Positions 1 to 9,798 of a DNA stretch of 32,000 nucleotides are shown piece after piece. This DNA is from Zymomonas mobilis subsp. mobilis ATCC 10988. Lineage in GTDB: Bacteria > Pseudomonadota > Alphaproteobacteria > Sphingomonadales > Sphingomonadaceae. The notes under the pieces were generated by a model. It was not told where the DNA came from and did no database searches. It saw only the letters and a list, made by a program, of their open reading frames with translations. Where the stretch lies: positions 150,001-182,000 of the forward strand of contig NC_017262.1 in the NCBI RefSeq assembly GCF_000175255.2, read 5' to 3'. The stretch's first letter is position 1. Every line of letters begins with the position of its first letter. The position numbers and the translations under genes are program-made.

Positions 1-3000
1 TTGAAGACGCGGTAAAAGAGTCTGACAGCCTCATTCTCGCGACTGACCCTGACCGCGAAGGGGAAGCGATCAGCTGGCATATTCTCGAATTGTTAAAGAC
101 CAAAAAACTGTTACCCGATGATGTCGAACGGGTGACCTTTAACGCTATTACCAAAGCGGCTGTTACCGATGCTATGGCGCATCCTCGCCAACTCGATAAT
201 GATTTAATCAATGCCTATCTGGCGCGTCGGGCTTTGGATTATCTCGTCGGTTTCACGCTCTCTCCGATTTTATGGCGGAAATTACCGGGCGCAAAATCAG
301 CCGGACGGGTGCAATCAGTCGCCTTACGGCTGGTGGTTGACCGTGAGCAAGAAATAGAAGGCTTTAAACCGCAAGAATATTGGTCGGTAGAAGCCGATAT
401 GGAAGCCGACAGTATCGGCTTTACGTCGCGACTTATCCAATGGCGCGGCCAAAAACTCGAAAAGCTGTCTATCGCAGATAAGACGCAGGCCGAGGCCGCT
501 CAATCCGATGTTGAATCCGGTCATTTCACGGTTTCGAATGTCGAAACCAAACCGGTTTCCCGTAATCCGCAACCGCCTTTCACAACTTCGACCTTGCAAC
601 AGGAAGCCGCCCGTAAATTGGGTTTTGCGGCCAGCCATACGATGCGCCTCGCTCAAAGCCTTTATGAAGAAGGGCTTATTACCTATATGCGGACGGACGG
701 GGTTCAGATGGATGAAAGCGCGATTGCCGCGGCTCGAAAAACCATCACCCAACGCTATGACGGCGGCTTTGTGCCGGACAAGCCGAGACAATATCAGGTC
801 AAAGCTAAAAATGCCCAAGAAGCCCATGAGGCTATTCGCCCAACCGATTTTTCGCGCGACAAAGCGGCCAGCGGCGATCATGCCCGTCTTTATGAACTGA
901 TCTGGAAGCGCGCCCTTGCCAGCCAAATGGCCTCAGCCAAATTGGAACGGACAACGGTCGATTTAACCGATGGCACGGGGCAAAATGTCTTGCGGGTCAC
1001 GGGGCAGGTCGTCTTATTCTCTGGCTTTCTGACGCTTTATGAAGAAAGCGCTGACGATAACGCCAATGACCGCGATGGCAAAGAAGGCCGCGCCCGTTTG
1101 CCTTTATTACGGGCAGGCAATGCACCTTTGAAAAAAGAAGTCAGGGCAGATCAACATTTCACCCAGCCGCCGCCCCGTTATTCGGAAGCGAGCTTGGTCA
1201 AAAAAATGGAAGATTTGGGCATCGGCCGCCCATCCACTTACGCTTCGGTTATTCAGGTTCTAAAAGACCGCGCCTATGTCACGCTGGAACGCAACCGCTT
1301 CATTCCCAGCGAAGCCGGACGTTTGTTGACGGCCTTTCTTGAACGTTTCTTTGAACGTTATGTCAGCTATGACTTTACCGCGGGCTTGGAAGACAGCCTT
1401 GACGAAATTTCCGGCGGTCGGGCTGACTGGCAAAAAGTCCTTGATGCTTTCTGGCATGACTTCAAACCCAAAACCGCCGAAGTCATGGAACAACAGCCCT
1501 CGGCTATCACCGCAGAATTGGATAAATTCCTTGAACCTTGGCTTTTCCCTGACAAGGGTGACGGCCATGATCCCCGTGAATGTCCCTCCTGCCATACGGG
1601 TCGTTTGGCGTTAAAAGGTGGCCGTTTCGGTGCCTTTATTGCCTGCTCGAATTATCCCGAATGTAAATATACCCGTGGCTTTGGGCAGGGTGAAGACGGC
1701 GTTGACGATAACGAACCCGTCCTGCTCGGTTATATGCCCGAAAATTCGGATGATGACGGCTATATGGCGTTTGCAGACCAAGGGGATATTTCACCCGATA
1801 ACAACGCTTCCACCTCTGAAACAGGCGTTGCTGACGGCGGTGTCGCGGCTAATACGGCCTTTTCTGGCAAGGGGAATAGCGCATCCCATACAGACAGGGA
1901 TGACTTACCTTTTGATCCTGACGAACCCGCCTCTTCAACCGGAAATGTCGCCTCCTCACAATCCCGCATGACAGGTGACGAAACGACTTCTTCCGGTAAT
2001 GGCGTAGATTCATCAGGGCATCATGGGACTTCGGAATCAGTCGTGGCCTCTGGCGAAGCCGATGCCCATAGACAATCGGGTATCGGCACCCAAGCTCTTT
2101 CGGGTAAAAATAACGCAGGTCGCATCGCCGTCTCCGATAACAAGGGAATAAACAGCAGCAGCACAATCGCTGCGGCGCGCAAAGGCGGTTCTACTGACGA
2201 TAATGCTACGGTCTCCGATCCTGATGGGGATATTGGCAGCGGGGCATCTTCTTCCGGTCAGGATGCCGATAATAGGCTTCTATCTCATCGTAATGGAGAC
2301 ATTGATAGCCGCGCGATTCCTGCGGATCACAAGGACAGTTCTAGCGATCAGAATGCCAGCCATGCGCTCTCTCCTGACCGCAATTCTGACGATGCCTCTG
2401 TCTCTAACAGTGATAAAAAGATTGATAGCAAGGCCGTTTCTACCGGCCATGATGTCGGCAATGCCATAACGTCTGATAACAGCCCTTCAGATAATGTCGC
2501 CCATCTGGCTAGCACGCCTTCTTCTGCGACCTCCTCGGTAAAAGTTGCTCTGGAAACAGAAAACAATGATACGGCGGCTAGCAAAGCGGATGAACAAGCC
2601 AAAGAGGAAGAAGAATCCAGAAAGGCAAGGGCGGTTACACGCCGGACAGGCCGTTTTGGGCCTTATATCCAACTTGGTGAAGGCAAAAATGCTAAACGGG
2701 TTTCTGTCCCCCGCGATGTCAATCCAAGGGAGGTTGATTTCTCATTAGCCAGCCGCCTCTTGGCACTGCCTCGCGAAATTGGGCTTCATCCCGAAAGCGG
2801 CAAAATGATTATTGCCGGAACCGGACGTTACGGTCCTTATCTGAATTGTGACGGCAAATATGCCCGCCTGTCTTCCACGGAAGAGCTGTTGGACATTGAC
2901 ATCGATCGGGCTATTGTAAAACTGGCCGAAGCCGCCCAAAATAAGGGGCGCACCGGTGCGACATTATCCCGCGAACCTTTGAAGGTTTTTGGCGATAGCC

Positions 3001-3461
3001 CTGTTACCGAAAAGCCAGTTCAACTGATGAATGGCCGCTACGGGCCCTATGTCACCGATGGTGAAACCAATGCCTCTTTACCGAAAGACACAACCCCCGA
3101 AAGCCTAACTTTCGAAGAGGCATTGGCGTTATTAGAAGCCCGCGCCAAAATGCCGAAAAAGAAGAAAACCAAAAAGGCAGCAGCCAAGAAACCGGCCGCC
3201 AAGAAGACCACCACAAAAAAAGCCGCCCCTAAAAAGGCGACAACAAAAACTACAACCCCAAAATCGGCCACTACCGACAACGCGACTTCAGAAGATGGCG
3301 ATGCCACTCCTGCCAAGTCACCCGCCAAGAAAGCTGTCGCGAAAAAAACAACGGCCAAGAAGCCTGCCTCAAAAAGCGCGACTAAAAAGGCTCCAGCCAG
3401 CAAAACGACCGCAGCGAAAAAGACTTCTAAAGCTGCCCCCAAAGACGAAGTGGCCGAATAA
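1..3461 (+). CDS. topA: DNA topoisomerase I (type IA), 5'-truncated by window edge; reading frame opens at base 3 and continues upstream of the ORF-track start at 90
   Basis: In-frame translation from base 3 gives EDAVKESDSLILATDPDREGEAISWHI (TOPRIM DPDREGE motif); later SAGRVQSVALRLV, EGLITYMRTD active-site motif, a C4 zinc finger CPSCHTG...CSNYPEC, and C-terminal TGR(F/Y)GPY repeats. Stop taa 3459-3461. Confidence 0.97.
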   Translation, partial: EDAVKESDSLILATDPDREGEAISWHILELLKTKKLLPDDVERVTFNAITKAAVTDAMAHPRQLDNDLINAYLARRALDYLVGFTLSPILWRKLPGAKSAGRVQSVALRLVVDREQEIEGFKPQEYWSVEADMEADSIGFTSRLIQWRGQKLEKLSIADKTQAEAAQSDVESGHFTVSNVETKPVSRNPQPPFTTSTLQQEAARKLGFAASHTMRLAQSLYEEGLITYMRTDGVQMDESAIAAARKTITQRYDGGFVPDKPRQYQVKAKNAQEAHEAIRPTDFSRDKAASGDHARLYELIWKRALASQMASAKLERTTVDLTDGTGQNVLRVTGQVVLFSGFLTLYEESADDNANDRDGKEGRARLPLLRAGNAPLKKEVRADQHFTQPPPRYSEASLVKKMEDLGIGRPSTYASVIQVLKDRAYVTLERNRFIPSEAGRLLTAFLERFFERYVSYDFTAGLEDSLDEISGGRADWQKVLDAFWHDFKPKTAEVMEQQPSAITAELDKFLEPWLFPDKGDGHDPRECPSCHTGRLALKGGRFGAFIACSNYPECKYTRGFGQGEDGVDDNEPVLLGYMPENSDDDGYMAFADQGDISPDNNASTSETGVADGGVAANTAFSGKGNSASHTDRDDLPFDPDEPASSTGNVASSQSRMTGDETTSSGNGVDSSGHHGTSESVVASGEADAHRQSGIGTQALSGKNNAGRIAVSDNKGINSSSTIAAARKGGSTDDNATVSDPDGDIGSGASSSGQDADNRLLSHRNGDIDSRAIPADHKDSSSDQNASHALSPDRNSDDASVSNSDKKIDSKAVSTGHDVGNAITSDNSPSDNVAHLASTPSSATSSVKVALETENNDTAASKADEQAKEEEESRKARAVTRRTGRFGPYIQLGEGKNAKRVSVPRDVNPREVDFSLASRLLALPREIGLHPESGKMIIAGTGRYGPYLNCDGKYARLSSTEELLDIDIDRAIVKLAEAAQNKGRTGATLSREPLKVFGDSPVTEKPVQLMNGRYGPYVTDGETNASLPKDTTPESLTFEEALALLEARAKMPKKKKTKKAAAKKPAAKKTTTKKAAPKKATTKTTTPKSATTDNATSEDGDATPAKSPAKKAVAKKTTAKKPASKSATKKAPASKTTAAKKTSKAAPKDEVAE
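3163..3450 (+). repeat. Lys/Ala/Thr-rich low-complexity C-terminal tail of TopA (degenerate (A)KK(P/T)A(A/T)KK-type repeats)
   Basis: Translation KKKKTKKAAAKKPAAKKTTTKKAAPKKATTKTTTP...KKAVAKKTTAKKPASKSATKKAPASKTTAAKKTSKAAPKDEVAE. Confidence 0.85.
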
Positions 3462-3465
3462 AAAC

Positions 3466-3500
3466 AAAAACGGGATAGCCATGGCTATCCCGTTTCTACT
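3466..3500 (+). terminator. Likely intrinsic terminator downstream of topA
   Basis: aaaaaCGGGATAGCCATGGCTATCCCGTTTctacttt; perfect palindrome 3471-3492, flanked by A-run and T-rich tract, 9 bp after the topA stop. Confidence 0.7.
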
Positions 3501-3831
3501 TTATATCATTAGCTTTTTTACACCCCAAGCTTCCCAGCCCCGCTTTCAGCCACCCGACTATCTATTCCACTCAAGGCCGACAACAGATTCAATAACACCC
3601 TATCTTTACAGATCCTCTAATCTCAATCCGCAAAGCGATTATTAAAGGCGATCCAAAAACTCGCGTCGATAGTATCAAGATCACGAGCATCCGCATCCAT
3701 TTCGAAAGACAGCCTTGCTACTCTCGAGAAGGCGCCTGCAAAGATAGACAGAGATTTCTATTTATCTATACATATATTCCACACCGCCTTGGCTCATGCG
3801 ATGACTTCTATTCCTTTAGTTATTGTCTTAT

Positions 3832-3858
3832 CATACGCTTCATACGCTTCATACGCTT
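3832..3858. repeat. Short tandem repeat, 3 copies of a 9-bp unit (CATACGCTT)
   Basis: catacgctt catacgctt catacgctt read directly at 3832-3840, 3841-3849, 3850-3858. Confidence 0.95.
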
Positions 3859-3887
3859 ACGATCTAATTTATCCAATCAACCAAAAG

Positions 3888-4646
3888 CTATTCCGCGTTA
3901 TGCTTGCAGCGACAATTCGGGTCTTTGCTCAAAGACACAGTTCTGAAACGAAAATCTTTGGCATCAATCAGCAGTAATTTGTCACCGCTCTCGGAACCAA
4001 ATCCTGTAATCAAACGGATAGTCTCAATCGCAGCTAAACTTCCGATCGTTCCAGTCAATGCACCGAGAACACCTTGCGATGAACAAGTCATCTCCGGTTC
4101 ACCCGGATCATCACCGACAAAACAGCGATAACAAGGTTTACTTGCTTCATATCCTTTGAAAACGGCTAACTGCGCCTCAAAACGAATAACAGCAGCTGAC
4201 ACTAGAGGAATTTTCAACTCTGTTGCTACATCGCTGACAACCAAACGGGTTCCAAAATTATCACTGCCATCCACAATAATGTCAGCCTGACCAATCAGCT
4301 TCTTAGCATTCTCTGCATCCAGTTTCTGGTCATAAGGCAATACTTTAACATCAGGATTCAGACGTTGGACAACATTAGCAGCCATAGCTACTTTATGTGC
4401 TCCGATATCACGGGTCGCAAAAAGTGTTTGTCTCTGTAAATTCGAGAGAGAAACCTCGTCATTATCAACAATAGTAAGACGACCGACACCAGCAGCAGCC
4501 AAATATTGAATAACCGGAGAACCTATTCCTCCAGCACCAACAATTGCGACATGAGCTGATAAGAGTTTTTTTTGTCCCTTACCGCCGATTTCAGGTAAAA
4601 CAATATGACGGGCATAACGATCTAGCTGATTATCAGTAAGTATCAT
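3888..4646 (-). CDS. HesA/MoeB/ThiF-family adenylyltransferase (E1-like)
   Basis: 252 aa; LxRYxRHIxLPEIGxxGQxxL start, [26 protein letters not shown] nucleotide-binding motif, NLQRQ, and CYRC...CRC zinc-binding pairs; no C-terminal rhodanese domain. Confidence 0.9.
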   Translation of the reverse strand: MILTDNQLDRYARHIVLPEIGGKGQKKLLSAHVAIVGAGGIGSPVIQYLAAAGVGRLTIVDNDEVSLSNLQRQTLFATRDIGAHKVAMAANVVQRLNPDVKVLPYDQKLDAENAKKLIGQADIIVDGSDNFGTRLVVSDVATELKIPLVSAAVIRFEAQLAVFKGYEASKPCYRCFVGDDPGEPEMTCSSQGVLGALTGTIGSLAAIETIRLITGFGSESGDKLLLIDAKDFRFRTVSLSKDPNCRCKHNAE

Positions 4647-5083
4647 ATTCCGGTCGATCCAAATCCGTTATGGCCACGCTGGGTATCATCTAAATCAGTG
4701 ACCTCACAAAATACAGCTTGCGTTACTGAAGCCAATATCAGCTGCGCAATACGATCACCTCTTTTAATTTCAAAAGCTTCGTTGCCCAAATTAATAAGAA
4801 GAATTTTAACTTCGCCACGATAATCAGAATCAATAGTTCCAGGAGCATTAGGGCAAGCTATACCATGCTTTAACGCTAACCCTGATCTAGCACGAACCTG
4901 AATTTCATATCCGTTAGGAATAGCTACAGCGAAACCAGTTTTAACCGGATAACGTTGCATAGGTTGCAAAATTACGTCTTCTGCTGACACTACATCCATT
5001 CCCGCAGCGCCCTCACTAGCATAAGAAGGGAAGGGGAGGTTTGCGCCATGGGGTAGGCGTTTTATTTCAAGTTTTATTTTCAT
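4643..5083 (-). CDS. dut: Deoxyuridine 5'-triphosphate nucleotidohydrolase (dUTPase); likely start ATG at 5083 rather than the ORF-track start 5146
   Basis: [75 protein letters not shown] dUTPase motifs; stop overlaps downstream gene start by 4 bp. Confidence 0.95.
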   Translation of the reverse strand: MKIKLEIKRLPHGANLPFPSYASEGAAGMDVVSAEDVILQPMQRYPVKTGFAVAIPNGYEIQVRARSGLALKHGIACPNAPGTIDSDYRGEVKILLINLGNEAFEIKRGDRIAQLILASVTQAVFCEVTDLDDTQRGHNGFGSTGI

Positions 5084-5114
5084 AAAATGATATCCCTTTA
5101 TGCCAAGCAAAATT

Positions 5115-6368
5115 TTATTTTGATATAATTGATGATGGGTGCTCATTTATAAGATTAAAGTAATCGGCTATTTTACTCGCTAACCGAGAGGCAACCTCTT
5201 TTTTGGACAAAAGAGGCCAATTTTCTATACCTGCATGGCTAGCAATGAAGATTTTATTATAGTCTCCGCCCATTGCCGAGGGGGCATCTTCACTCTCAAT
5301 AACAGGATTGGCTATTATCCAGTCACAACCTTTTTGTTGTAACTTTACTTTTGCATTTTCTAATAGATTTTCTGATTCTGCAGCGAAACCAACAACTAAA
5401 GAAGGACGGTCTATTTTCCTGTGAGATATATTCGATAAGATATCTGGATTTTCTATCGGTATAAGGTCAGGTTCTGATCTACCTTTTTTATATTTTGATG
5501 GAGAATAATTAAACCTCCAGTCAGCAACAGCAGCTGTAAAAATAGCACCATCTGCTGGGAGAGTATTTTCGACAGCTTTTTCCATTTCAATAGCCGTTTC
5601 AACATTCACGCGTTCTACCCTGTCTGGGGTGTTTTGATAAACAGGCCCCGTAACAAGTGTAACTTTTGCACCTAATTTTTGTAAGGCTTCAGCGATCGCG
5701 AAACCCTGTTTCCCAGAAGAGCGATTGGCTAGGTAGCGGACAGGATCAATTGGTTCATGCGTTGGTCCTGCTGTCACAATAAAATGTCTATTTTTTAAAA
5801 ATTGATAATTTTGTTCTTCTGCAAAGAGAGACTCTGCAGATAAAAGAATGTCTTCTGGTGCTGCTAGTCGTCCAATTCCTGTTTCTCCACAAGCCATAGC
5901 TCCAGCTTCTGGATCAACAAAAGATATTCCATCAGATTTTAGTTGATGAATATTCCGTTGAGTTGCTGAGTGATGCCACATGCGATGATTCATTGCAGGC
6001 GCGACTAAGATTGGACTATCCGCTGCAAGAACTACAGTAGAAGCCAAGTCGTTAGCCAATCCATGAGCCATTTTTGAAATAAAGTCAGCCGATGCAGGTG
6101 CGACAATAATCATATCGGCTTCACGGGCTAGACGAATATGACGAATTGAAGCCTCTTCGCTTTCATCCCACATATCCTGCGCTACTGGATTGCCTGATAA
6201 ACTAGCAAGGGCAAGTGGCGTTATAAAATTCGCTCCACCTTTTGTTATGAGACAGCGGATGTCAGCTTTTTTCTTCCTGAATAAGCGGATTATATCTGGG
6301 GCTTTGATAGCTGCAATACTACCAGAAATAACTAACAGGATTCGCTTTCCATTTAAAAAAGAAGACAT
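5115..6368 (-). CDS. coaBC: Bifunctional phosphopantothenoylcysteine decarboxylase / phosphopantothenate-cysteine ligase
   Basis: 417 aa; [43 protein letters not shown], and ligase half [31 protein letters not shown]. Confidence 0.95.
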   Translation of the reverse strand: MSSFLNGKRILLVISGSIAAIKAPDIIRLFRKKKADIRCLITKGGANFITPLALASLSGNPVAQDMWDESEEASIRHIRLAREADMIIVAPASADFISKMAHGLANDLASTVVLAADSPILVAPAMNHRMWHHSATQRNIHQLKSDGISFVDPEAGAMACGETGIGRLAAPEDILLSAESLFAEEQNYQFLKNRHFIVTAGPTHEPIDPVRYLANRSSGKQGFAIAEALQKLGAKVTLVTGPVYQNTPDRVERVNVETAIEMEKAVENTLPADGAIFTAAVADWRFNYSPSKYKKGRSEPDLIPIENPDILSNISHRKIDRPSLVVGFAAESENLLENAKVKLQQKGCDWIIANPVIESEDAPSAMGGDYNKIFIASHAGIENWPLLSKKEVASRLASKIADYFNLINEHPSSIISK

Positions 6369-6394
6369 AGATTATCTCGATTTGGAGGAGAGAA

Positions 6395-7933
6395 TTAAAA
6401 AAAATGGTAATGGCCCAGAACTATCCCGATAATAAACGCGCTAAGGATGAAGACAGACAAATAATGTTTTGTAGTAGCAGATTTAATCGAATTCTTATTC
6501 GCTAGAGGATAGAGCTGTTCCTCTATGGTGAGAGGCGGATAATATTGATCTATCCGATCAATGAGTTCTGGTAACCGCTTAATGCTTTGAAGTGTTTTAT
6601 AAAATTCTTCAGCTATTTTAGCTTCGGGTCCCAACTCTGAGCGTAACCATTCTCTTACAAAAGGCTCCGCTGTATCCCATAAATTGATATCAGGATATAA
6701 AGAGGTAGCCACTCCTTCAACTACAACCATCGTTTTTTGCAAAAGTAAAAGATGTGGCTGGGTCTGCATCTCAAATTCACGGGTTATAGCAAATAACCCA
6801 TCCAGCATATGACTGATAGAAATATCGCGAACAGATAATCCTCTGATAGGTTCTCCAATAGTCCGCAAAGCAGTCGTGAATTCTGCTATGTCATGGTGAG
6901 ATGGAACATAGCCTGCTTCGAAATGAATTTCCGCTATTCTGGAATAGTTACCTGTAATAAGGCCGTATAATATTTCAGCTAACCAGCGCCGTGCTTTTTT
7001 GTCGATCCGACCCATAATACCAAAATCAACAACAGCAAGAGATCCATCTTTTAATGCAAATAAATTTCCGTGATGGAGGTCAGCATGGAAAAAACCATCA
7101 GCTATAGCCTGCCTTAAGAAACTGCGAACAAGCCGAGTTGCCAAAGATTTTAGATCATATCCGGCCTCCTGCAATTTTTGATGATCTGAAAGCTTAATGC
7201 CATCAATCCATTGCATTACCATCATCGACTGGGATGTCCGATTCCAGTCTATTACAGGGACTTTAAAACCGGGAACTGCTTCCATATTTTCCGCTAACTC
7301 CGAGGCAGACGCAGCTTCTCTCCTTAAATCAAGCTCACGTATTGTCCATTGGCGGAAAGTTTTTACAACTAATTTAGGACGTAGGCGGATAAACTCATCA
7401 TTTAATGATTCTATTTTCGTTGCGGCCCATTCATATGTTTCTGTAGCCTTTCGAAAAGCCTGCTTTATCCCTGGGCGCAGTACTTTTACCGCGACTGTAA
7501 CGCCATCAAGTGTTTCTGCCTGATACACTTGAGCAATAGATGCCGAACCAATAGGAATTTCGTTAAAAAAACGGAAAGATTTCTCAATAGGACATCCTAA
7601 GGCATTTTCGATAACTATACGAATATCTTTAAAAGGCAAGGGCGGTACAGAGTCTTGTAAACATGCCAATTGAGCGGCTGTTTCTTCTCCGATTAGATCT
7701 GGTCGTGTCGCTAAAGTCTGACCAAATTTGATTGCAGCTGGTCCTAAGGCGACAAAAGCGCCTGTATAATCGGGTGGGTTTGGAACTCGATAGCCGATCC
7801 TAAGTAATCTTATTATCAAACGAAGGGATAACGGAACAATTGTAGATTTCTCTACCGTTTTTAAAACGCCATGTTTCGATAATATTCGGCTCCAGCGGAA
7901 TAAACGCCAAAAATGAACAACGGCTAATGTCAT
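6395..7933 (-). CDS. ubiB: Ubiquinone biosynthesis ABC1/UbiB-family protein kinase-like protein
   Basis: 512 aa; GPAAIKFGQTLATRPDLIG, AQVYQAETLDGVTVAVKVLRPG, ADLHHGNLF, AVVDFGIMGRID; C-terminal hydrophobic segment. Confidence 0.95.
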   Translation of the reverse strand: MTLAVVHFWRLFRWSRILSKHGVLKTVEKSTIVPLSLRLIIRLLRIGYRVPNPPDYTGAFVALGPAAIKFGQTLATRPDLIGEETAAQLACLQDSVPPLPFKDIRIVIENALGCPIEKSFRFFNEIPIGSASIAQVYQAETLDGVTVAVKVLRPGIKQAFRKATETYEWAATKIESLNDEFIRLRPKLVVKTFRQWTIRELDLRREAASASELAENMEAVPGFKVPVIDWNRTSQSMMVMQWIDGIKLSDHQKLQEAGYDLKSLATRLVRSFLRQAIADGFFHADLHHGNLFALKDGSLAVVDFGIMGRIDKKARRWLAEILYGLITGNYSRIAEIHFEAGYVPSHHDIAEFTTALRTIGEPIRGLSVRDISISHMLDGLFAITREFEMQTQPHLLLLQKTMVVVEGVATSLYPDINLWDTAEPFVREWLRSELGPEAKIAEEFYKTLQSIKRLPELIDRIDQYYPPLTIEEQLYPLANKNSIKSATTKHYLSVFILSAFIIGIVLGHYHFF

Positions 7934-7936
7934 TAA

Positions 7937-8665
7937 TTAGACTTTCCAACCGCTATGTATAGCCACTAAACCGCCTAAAATTGGCCTTGCTCGTATTTGG
8001 ACAAAACCAGCTGATTTAATCATATCAGAAAATTTTTCTATGTTAGGGAATCTTTCGATAGATTCGATAAGATAGCGATAACTGTCCTCATCATTGGCTA
8101 ATAGCTGACCAATTTTAGGTACGATATGTGTTGAATACATTTTATAAAGATTAGAAAATCCTGACCACTTCGTCTGGGAAAATTCCATGCAAAAGAAACG
8201 TCCCCCTACTTTTAAAACACGCCACGCTTCGTCTAGTGCTTTTTGTATATGTGTTACGTTTCTAATACCAAAAGCTATAGTGTAAGCGTCGAAAACATTA
8301 TCATTAAATGATAATGCTTCAGCATTTTCTTCTTTCCATGTAAGGTTTTCTATCGAGCGGGCTATAGCTCTCTTTTTTCCGACTTCAAGCATAGCTGGAT
8401 TGATATCTGCAATCGTGACATTTGTACCGTATTTTGCCAATCGAAAGGCAATATCTCCGGTGCCGCCCGCCATATCTAGAATATGTTCACTGGCCTTTGG
8501 TTGAACCAGACGAACAAAATCATCTTTCCATAACCGATGGAGTCCACCTGACATAGCATCATTCATTAAATCATAGCGCGATGCTACACGACGAAAGACA
8601 TCGCCAACAAGATGTGTTTTTTCCTGAGGCGAGACGTCTGAAAAACCGAAAGAAACTTTTTCCAT
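7937..8665 (-). CDS. ubiE: Demethylmenaquinone/ubiquinone biosynthesis C-methyltransferase
   Basis: 242 aa; VFRRVASRYDLMNDAMSGGLHRLWKD, ILDMAGGTGDIAFRLA, YTIAFGIRNVTH UbiE signatures. Confidence 0.96.
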   Translation of the reverse strand: MEKVSFGFSDVSPQEKTHLVGDVFRRVASRYDLMNDAMSGGLHRLWKDDFVRLVQPKASEHILDMAGGTGDIAFRLAKYGTNVTIADINPAMLEVGKKRAIARSIENLTWKEENAEALSFNDNVFDAYTIAFGIRNVTHIQKALDEAWRVLKVGGRFFCMEFSQTKWSGFSNLYKMYSTHIVPKIGQLLANDEDSYRYLIESIERFPNIEKFSDMIKSAGFVQIRARPILGGLVAIHSGWKV

Positions 8666-8751
8666 ATGAAAAAGTTTTAATGCTAATCAAAAGAACATTG
8701 AAGCGTAAAAAACTTTATGCTGCTGTTTTTTCTTATTTTAGGTGTTGAGAA

Positions 8752-8825
8752 TGGAGCGGATGAAGGGAATCGAACCCTCGTCTTAAGCTTGGGAAGCTCC
8801 TGCTCTACCATTGAGCTACACCCGC
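8752..8825 (-). tRNA. tRNA-Gly, anticodon CCC, 3' CCA encoded
   Basis: Reverse complement GCGGGTGTAGCTCAATGGTAGAGCAGGAGCTTCCCAAGCTTAAGACGAGGGTTCGATTCCCTTCATCCGCTCCA folds as cloverleaf; anticodon loop TTCCCAA. Confidence 0.93.
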
Positions 8826-8974
8826 TAGGATTATTTTGATCTTGAAATCAAAGGCTCTTTGCCACAACTAATATCTTTTGGTCAATGTTATGTTTACACA
8901 AAAACAGAATACTTGAATAATTTTGTCTATTAACCATTTCTGGATATATTCGACAATTTAAACGGAAGATCCTG

Positions 8975-9787
8975 TTGCCAGAGCTACCAGAAGTTGAAAC
9001 TACCATTCGTGGACTATCTGAAGTCCTGATGGGTGAAAAAATTATAGATGTGAAAGTGCGCCGGGCATCTTTAAGACGGCCAATACCCTCTGATATTCAA
9101 GAAAGGCTAATAGGATCAACTATCATTTCTCTTAGTCGACGCGCAAAATATGGCATTATTGTCAATGATCGGGATGATGCTTTAATTTTTCATCTTGGGA
9201 TGTCCGGTCGATGGAAAATAAATCCTGAAAATTTTGAGAAACACGACCACTTCGTTCTTCAAACAAAAAATAATTTTATAGTTTCACTTTATGACCCGCG
9301 TCGCTTTGGCTCTCTTGATTTAGTAAAAAAAAATCAATTGTTAGAATGGTCTTATTTTAGAAATATCGGGCCAGAACCTTTAACTGGGAATTTTAATCCA
9401 GAATATTTACAGAAGAAGTTATTCTCTTCTTCTGCTCCCATAAAAAAAATATTATTAGATCAAAAAGTAGTTGCTGGCATTGGTAATATTTATGCTTGTG
9501 AGGCTTTGCACCAAGCCAAGATACATCCTCAACGGCCTAGCAAAAATTTAAATTTTGATGAAATAACTTCACTTGTTTTTTCTATCAAAAATATTTTGCA
9601 AAAGGCCATAGCTGAGGGCGGGTCAACCTTAAAAGACTATGCACGACCTAATGGAGAGCTAGGTTATTTTTCGACTAAATTCAAAGTATACGGCAAAGAA
9701 GGTGAACAATGTGAATGTGGTCATACGATCGAGCGTTACACCCTAGGCGGTCGTTCAACTTTTTTGTGTTCTTCATGTCAAAAATAA
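8975..9787 (+). CDS. mutM: Formamidopyrimidine-DNA glycosylase, TTG start codon
   Basis: 270 aa; (TTG)PELPEVETTIRGL N-terminus, AGIGNIYACEALH H2TH region, C-terminal zinc finger CECGHTIERYTLGGRSTFLCSSCQ. Confidence 0.97.
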   Translation: MPELPEVETTIRGLSEVLMGEKIIDVKVRRASLRRPIPSDIQERLIGSTIISLSRRAKYGIIVNDRDDALIFHLGMSGRWKINPENFEKHDHFVLQTKNNFIVSLYDPRRFGSLDLVKKNQLLEWSYFRNIGPEPLTGNFNPEYLQKKLFSSSAPIKKILLDQKVVAGIGNIYACEALHQAKIHPQRPSKNLNFDEITSLVFSIKNILQKAIAEGGSTLKDYARPNGELGYFSTKFKVYGKEGEQCECGHTIERYTLGGRSTFLCSSCQK

Positions 9788-9798
9788 CCATACAATAT

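Noticed and set aside
324-926. 200-aa minus-strand ORF antisense to topA
   Set aside because: Lies wholly within the well-supported topA frame, no recognisable domain; shadow ORF of coding sequence. The same applies to 508..900, 1260..1595, 1339..1614, 1367..1555, 1618..1971, 1849..2166, 2203..2469, 2348..2602, 2545..2748 and 3295..3645.
3047-3442. 131-aa minus-strand ORF rich in A/V/F/L resembling a membrane protein
   Set aside because: It is the antisense translation of the AAG/GCC-rich Lys/Ala tail of TopA, which automatically yields hydrophobic LLV/GAF strings.
1-3461. TopA internal low-complexity region as a frameshift or pseudogene scar
   Set aside because: The reading frame remains open through the region and resumes canonical TopA repeats downstream, so it is treated as an in-frame insertion instead.
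3789-3977. 62-aa plus-strand ORF with SYASYASYAYD repeats
   Set aside because: Repetition is produced by the 9-bp tandem repeat; the ORF overlaps the moeB-like 3' end and has no support.
4643-5146. Extended dut ORF start at 5146 overlapping coaBC
   Set aside because: Conserved dUTPase sequence begins at [13 protein letters not shown] (5083); the N-terminal 21 residues are unsupported and would create an unnecessary overlap.
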